Shown here: positions 59,065 to 64,000 of the stretch, in pieces
How the letters are laid out: the number at the start of each line of letters is the position of its first letter
Position numbering within the stretch: position 1 is the stretch's first letter
Assembly (NCBI GenBank): GCA_030390025.1
Contig: CM059432.1
Coordinates: forward strand, 26,600,001 to 26,664,000
Length of the DNA stretch: 64,000 nucleotides
Source of the DNA: Squalus acanthias
Taxonomy: Eukaryota
Direction of reading: 5' to 3'
Translations under genes and position numbers: made by a program
The notes under the pieces: generated by a model
Told to the model about the DNA's origin: nothing
The model's database searches: none
Seen by the model: the letters and a program-made list of their open reading frames with translations, nothing else

Positions 59065-59370
59065 CAGTGTCGGGAGCGGAGAGAGCAGCAGCACAGTGAG
59101 TATTTAAACTCACTTTCGCGGGCTTTTTTGCAGAGGCCAGTGTCGGGAGCGGAGAGAGCAGCAGCACAGTGAGTATTTAAACTCACTTTCGCGGGCTTTT
59201 TTGCAGAGGCCAGTGTCGGGAGCGGAGAGAGCAGCAGCACAGTGAGTATTTAAACTCACTTTCGCGGGCTTTTCTTTCACAGGCTGTTGTCGGGAGCGGA
59301 GAGAGCAGCAGCACAGTGAGTATTTAAACTCACTTTCGCGGGCTTTTCTTTCACAGGCTGTTGTCGGGAG
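59065..59370 (+). repeat. Four-plus tandem 73-74-bp monomers in the CR1 5'UTR
   Basis: tgtcgggagcggagagagcagcagcacagtgagtatttaaactcactttcgcgggctttt... at 59068, 59141, 59214 and 59288, partial at 59362. Confidence 0.95.
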
Positions 59371-59823
59371 AGACGAGACCGGAAGCGGACCAGGTGGGAA
59401 GCACCCAGGTGAACAGCATTTAAGGAGGGTGGTGGCTTAAACCCGAGTTCCTACAGAGTAGGAACCCCCACCCGCCCTCCTCCTCTAACCTACTAGTCTT
59501 TTAGCAGTCTAAAAACAGAGGTCACAAATTTTTTGGTCTCAGTTTCTTTTCAGCAGGGCAGGAACCGGGAGGAGCGGGAAGTCGGCGTAGGACCAAGGGG
59601 ACACAAGACCGGGAAGTCAGCGAAAGACCAGGGAGGTAAGACTAACTGGTAAGTACTTTCCTCAAACCTTCCTAGAAAGTAAAACTAAAACTAGTGGGAT
59701 TTGGTTAGTTTAAAAAGGAATAAGAGGAGTACAGTATACATTGGTCTAAGTAAGCTTCGGGAAAACAAAAGTCAATAAATAAACTAAAACTAGAAAATTA
59801 AAAAGTAATATAAGGGTTAAGTC

Positions 59824-60771
59824 ATGGCAGTAGAGCTCGGACCTGTGTCATGCTCCTCCTGTAACATGTGGGAAATCAGGGACGCTTCCTGTGTCCCTGA
59901 CAACCATGTGTGCGGGAAGTGTGTCCAGCTGCAGCTCATGTGGGACCGCATGACGGCCCTTGAGCTGCGGATGGACTCACTTTGGAGCATCCACGATTCT
60001 GAGAGGGTTGTGGATAGCACATTTAGTGAGTTGGTCACACCGCAGGTTAAGGCCAGCGTAGATAGTACATGGGTGACCAAAAGGCAGAGCAAGGGCAGGA
60101 AGGTAGTGCAGAAATCCCCTGGGGTTGTCTCCCTTAGCAACAGGTTCACCGCCTTAGGTGCTGTTGTCGGGGGGGATGACTCATCGGGGGAAGGCACCAG
60201 CAGCCAGGCTCATGGCACCATGACTGGCTCTGTTGCAAAGAAGGGAGGGAAAAAGAGTGGCAGGGCTATAGTAATAGGGGATTCGATTGTAAGGGGAATA
60301 GATAGGGGTTTCTGTGGTCGCGACCGAGATTCCAGGATGGTATGTTGCCTCCCTGGTGCAAGGGTCAAGGATGTCTCGGCGCGGGTGCAGAACATTCTGG
60401 AGGGGGAGGGGGAACAGCCAGTTGTCGTGATACATGTTGGTACCAACGACGTAGCTAAAAAAAGGGAAGAGGTCCTACAAGTAGAATTTAGGGAGTTAGG
60501 AGCCAAGCTAAAAAGTAGGACCTCGAAGGTAGTAATCTCTGGATTACTACCAGTGCCACGTGCTAGTAAGAGTACAGAGAACAGGATAGTTAGGCTAAAT
60601 ACGTGGCTTGAGCAGTGGTGTAAGAGGGAGGGTTTTAAATTTTTGAGGCATTGGAACCAGTTTTGTGGTAGGTGTGACCTATACAAAAGGGACGGTCTAC
60701 ACCTGTGCAAAGATGGAACTGATGTTCTCGGGGTAATTTTTGATAAAGCAGTTCGGGAGCATTTAAACTAG
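59824..60771 (+). CDS. CR1 ORF1 (zinc-finger/leucine zipper + SGNH esterase), 315 aa
   Basis: CSSC...CGKC; VIGDSIVR, HVGTND and DGLHL motifs. Confidence 0.93.
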   Translation: MAVELGPVSCSSCNMWEIRDASCVPDNHVCGKCVQLQLMWDRMTALELRMDSLWSIHDSERVVDSTFSELVTPQVKASVDSTWVTKRQSKGRKVVQKSPGVVSLSNRFTALGAVVGGDDSSGEGTSSQAHGTMTGSVAKKGGKKSGRAIVIGDSIVRGIDRGFCGRDRDSRMVCCLPGARVKDVSARVQNILEGEGEQPVVVIHVGTNDVAKKREEVLQVEFRELGAKLKSRTSKVVISGLLPVPRASKSTENRIVRLNTWLEQWCKREGFKFLRHWNQFCGRCDLYKRDGLHLCKDGTDVLGVIFDKAVREHLN

Positions 60772-63713
60772 TATGGCAGGGGGCTAGAAACCTATGTAGT
60801 GAAATAGAGGAAAGTGAAAGGCAGACAGAAATAAATGGTAAAAGGGTGAGGAACAAAAAACAAAGGGCCAAACTAATTCATAAAAAATGTGAGCATAAAA
60901 AAAGCCTGAGGGTTTTATACCTTAATGCGAGAAGCATCAGGAACAAGGTAGATGAATTAGCTGTGGAAATAGAGGTTAATAATTATGATCTAATTGGGAT
61001 TACGGAAACATGGTTGCAGGGTGAGCAGGGCTGGGAGCTTAACATACAGGGGTATTCAGTATTTAGGAAGGATCGACAAAAAAGAAAGGGAGGAGGGGTA
61101 GCATTGCTGGTAAAAGAAGGGATAAATGCAATTGAAAGGAAGGATATTAACTCAGTTAATACAGAATCTATATGGGTGGAGCTAAGAAATAGCGAGGGGC
61201 GAAAAACATTAATAGGAGTGGTATATAGGCCTCCAAATAGTAAAATAGAGGTTGGGGAGGGCATCACGAGGGAAATTAGAGAAGCGTGCAATAAGAGCAC
61301 AGCTGTCATCATAGGTGACTTTAACTTACATATAGATTGGAATAGCCTAATCAGTAAAAATAATGAGGAGGAGGAATTCCTTGAGTGTTTAAGGGATGGT
61401 TATCTGGATCAATATGTCGAGGAACCAACTCGGGAACAGGCTATATTGGACTGGGTACTGTGCAATGAGAAGGGACTAATTAGTAATCTTGTTGTACGGG
61501 GACCCTTGGGTCAGAGCGATCATAACATGATCGATTTCTCACTCGAAATGGAGAGCGAAGAAATTGACTCAGATACTAAGGTCCTGAATTTAAACAAGGG
61601 GAATTATGATGCCATTAGACGGGTAATGAGTAGGTCTGATTGGACAACGTTCCTGGGAGGACTGGAGGTAGATAAACAATGGCAAGCATTTAAAGATAGA
61701 ATGACAAAATTGCAAAAATTGTTTATAACAATCTGGCATAAAAGGAAATCTAAAAAGGTGACTCAACCGTGGATAACAGGGGAAATTAGAGACAGCATAA
61801 AATCCAAAGATAGGGCGTATAAAATAGCCAAAAAAAGCGCCAGAGCGGAAGATTGGGAACAGTTTAAGATAGAGCAAAGGAGGACAAAGGGCTTAATCAA
61901 GAGGGGCAAAATAGCTTACGAAAGCAAGCTGGCGGAAAATATAAAAACTAACTCCAAAAGCTTTTATAAGTATATCAAGAGGAAAAGACTGGTGAAAACC
62001 AAAGTTGGCCCATTGCAGTCAGATACGGGGGAATATATAATGGGAAATAAGGAAATGGCAGACCAACTAAATGCATACTTTGGGTCAGTCTTTACGAAGG
62101 AAGACACAAAAAACCTCCCTGGGATATCGGGAAAAATAGGGACATTGGCAAAGGAGGAACTGACGCAAATCAATATCTCTAAGGATATGGTGTTAAGGAA
62201 GCTAAAGGGATTGAAGGCGGACAAATCCCCAGGGCCTGATAACATGCATCCTAGGGTACTGAAGGAGGTGGCCCTAGAGATAGCGGATGCACTAAGTATG
62301 ATTTTTCAGAATTCATTAGACTCGGGAACAGTGCCCATGGATTGGAGGGTAGCTAACGTTACCCCACTATTCAAAAAGGGGGGTAGGGAAAAAGCAGGTA
62401 ATTACAGACCTGTAAGCCTTACATCAGTTGTGGGCAAAATGCTGGAGTCCATCATTAAGGATGAAATAGCGGAGCACTTAGCAAATGGGGACAGGATAGG
62501 ACAGAGTCAACATGGATTTACAAAGGGTAAATCGTGCTTGACTAATCTATTGGAATTTTTTGAGGGAGTAACTGGTAAAATAGATGGGGGAGAGCCAGTA
62601 GATGTGGTGTACCTGGACTTCCAAAAGGCCTTCGACAAGGTCCCACATAAAAGATTAGCATGGAAAATTGAAGCTCATGGGATAAAGGGGAAAGTATTGA
62701 CGTGGATAGAGAACTGGCTGTCAGATAGAAAACAGAGAGTTGGAATAAACGGCTCATTTTCTGAATGGCAGGCAGTAACAAGTGGGGTACCGCAGGGATC
62801 TGTCCTGGGTCCCCAGCTGTTCACAATTTACATTAATGACCTGGATCAGGGAGTCGGATGCAGCATTTCCAAATTTGCAGACGACACTAAACTAGGAGGG
62901 GGGGTGGGCTCAGAGGAGGAGACCAGGAAGCTCCAGAGCGATTTGGACAGACTGGGTGATTGGGCGGATAAATGGCAGATGCACTATAATGTGGACAAGT
63001 GCGAAGTTATCCACCTTGGGTGCAGGAACGGGAGGGCAAATTATTATTTAAATGGCAATAAATTGGGAGAGGGGGAAGTACAGAGAGACCTGGGTGTTCT
63101 TGTACACCAGTCACTGAAGGCGAGCATGCAGGTGCAACAGGCGGTCAAGAAGGCAAACGGTATGCTGGCCTTCATAGCAAAAGGGTTGGAATACAGGAAC
63201 AGGGATACCTTGCTGCAGCTGTACAGGGCACTGGTGAGACCACACCTCGAGTACTGTGTACAGTTTTGGTCGCCTCATCTGAGGAAAGATGCTCTTGCCA
63301 TGGAGGGGGTGCAGCGGCGATTCACCAGGCTGATACCAGGAATGGCGGGATTGACCTATGAGGAGAGACTATGTAGTTTAGGGATGTACACACTGGAGTT
63401 TAGAAGATTGAGAGGGGACCTCATAGAAGTGTATAAAATTCTGACAGGTCTAGACAGACTAGATGCAGAAGGAATGTTTCCCTTGGCGGGTGAGAACAGA
63501 ACTAGAGGACATAATTTAAGGATAAGGGCTAAACCATTTAGGACAGAAATGAGGGGGAATTTCTTCACTCAGAGGGTGGTGAACCTGTGGAACTCATTGC
63601 CACAGAGGGCAGTGTACGCCAGCTCATTAAATATATTTAAGAGGGAATTAGATATATTTCTACAGGCAAAAGGGGTTAAGGGTTACGGAGAGAAGGCGGG
63701 GACGGGATACTGA
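60762..63713 (+). CDS. CR1 ORF2 (APE endonuclease + reverse transcriptase), uninterrupted; no ATG before the end of the endonuclease domain
   Basis: YLNARS, ITETW, YRPP, GDFN, SDH; YLDFQKAFD, GVPQGSVLGP, FADD. The frame is open from 60747. Confidence 0.95.
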   Translation, partial: FKLVWQGARNLCSEIEESERQTEINGKRVRNKKQRAKLIHKKCEHKKSLRVLYLNARSIRNKVDELAVEIEVNNYDLIGITETWLQGEQGWELNIQGYSVFRKDRQKRKGGGVALLVKEGINAIERKDINSVNTESIWVELRNSEGRKTLIGVVYRPPNSKIEVGEGITREIREACNKSTAVIIGDFNLHIDWNSLISKNNEEEEFLECLRDGYLDQYVEEPTREQAILDWVLCNEKGLISNLVVRGPLGQSDHNMIDFSLEMESEEIDSDTKVLNLNKGNYDAIRRVMSRSDWTTFLGGLEVDKQWQAFKDRMTKLQKLFITIWHKRKSKKVTQPWITGEIRDSIKSKDRAYKIAKKSARAEDWEQFKIEQRRTKGLIKRGKIAYESKLAENIKTNSKSFYKYIKRKRLVKTKVGPLQSDTGEYIMGNKEMADQLNAYFGSVFTKEDTKNLPGISGKIGTLAKEELTQINISKDMVLRKLKGLKADKSPGPDNMHPRVLKEVALEIADALSMIFQNSLDSGTVPMDWRVANVTPLFKKGGREKAGNYRPVSLTSVVGKMLESIIKDEIAEHLANGDRIGQSQHGFTKGKSCLTNLLEFFEGVTGKIDGGEPVDVVYLDFQKAFDKVPHKRLAWKIEAHGIKGKVLTWIENWLSDRKQRVGINGSFSEWQAVTSGVPQGSVLGPQLFTIYINDLDQGVGCSISKFADDTKLGGGVGSEEETRKLQSDLDRLGDWADKWQMHYNVDKCEVIHLGCRNGRANYYLNGNKLGEGEVQRDLGVLVHQSLKASMQVQQAVKKANGMLAFIAKGLEYRNRDTLLQLYRALVRPHLEYCVQFWSPHLRKDALAMEGVQRRFTRLIPGMAGLTYEERLCSLGMYTLEFRRLRGDLIEVYKILTGLDRLDAEGMFPLAGENRTRGHNLRIRAKPFRTEMRGNFFTQRVVNLWNSLPQRAVYASSLNIFKRELDIFLQAKGVKGYGEKAGTGY

Positions 63714-64000
63714 ATTGGAGGATCAGCCATGATCTCATTAAATGGCGGAGCAGGCTCGAAGGGCCGGATGGCCTACTCCTGCTCCTATCTTCTATGTATC
63801 TATGTATCTATGTCTTAAAAGAAGTGGCTGGTGAGATAGTTGATGCGTTGATTTTAATTTTCCAAAATTTCATAGATTCGGAGAAGGTTCCATTAGATTG
63901 AAAAATAGCGAATGTAACTCCTTTATTCAAAAAGGGAGACAGAAAGCAGGAAACTACAGGCCAGTTAGCTTAACATCTGTCATAGGAAAGATGTTAGAAG

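Larger units (their letters stand above)
59066..63811 (+). mobile_element. Full-length intact CR1 LINE 'C'
   Basis: 5'UTR monomer array, two open ORFs, CR1 3'UTR and (TCTATGTA)n tail. The empty site is visible at 27781-27800; GTC occurs on both flanks. Confidence 0.97.
53154..64000 (+). repeat. Segmental duplication, copy 2 (carries an extra full-length CR1 at 59066-63811); runs off the window
   Basis: Matches 21846-27792, then resumes with 27790 onward at 63812; includes duplicates of the SINE, CR1-A and CR1-B. Confidence 0.95.

Noticed and set aside
59065..59370. CRISPR-like array
   Set aside because: Units are head-to-tail with no unique spacers, there are no cas genes, and the context is a eukaryotic LINE 5'UTR.

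Overview
Repeat-dominated eukaryotic genomic DNA. The repeat families (Deu-type tRNA SINEs, CR1 and L2 LINEs, Penelope-like fragments, Harbinger transposons) suggest a cartilaginous fish such as a shark; this is inference. I recognise no host protein-coding exon. Main contents: (1) A near-intact 12.7-kb endogenous retrovirus on the minus strand (35465-48169) with ~1.69-kb LTRs, a GGCC target-site duplication (TSD) and a tRNA-Arg PBS. Gag and pol are in frame across a UGA-CUAG stop, pol has two RNase H domains, and env looks like a paramyxo/pneumovirus F protein with an Ig-like domain. It resembles a lokiretrovirus and sits inside the transposase gene of a two-gene Harbinger transposon. (2) A single-ORF CR1/L2-group LINE (16826-20048, second copy 8800-10980) whose 5' end matches a tRNA-derived SINE head and whose sense strand avoids T-runs, making it a candidate Pol III-transcribed protein-coding retroelement. 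(3) A fully intact CR1 LINE (59066-63811) with tandem 5'UTR monomers and a UUUAAAC slippery site joining ORF1 to an ATG-less ORF2. (4) A high-identity segmental duplication with offset ~31.3 kb (21846+ repeated at 53154+). (5) Penelope-like fragments carrying minimal hammerhead ribozymes, plus many MITEs, SINEs and LINE fragments. All coordinates and counts were read by eye.
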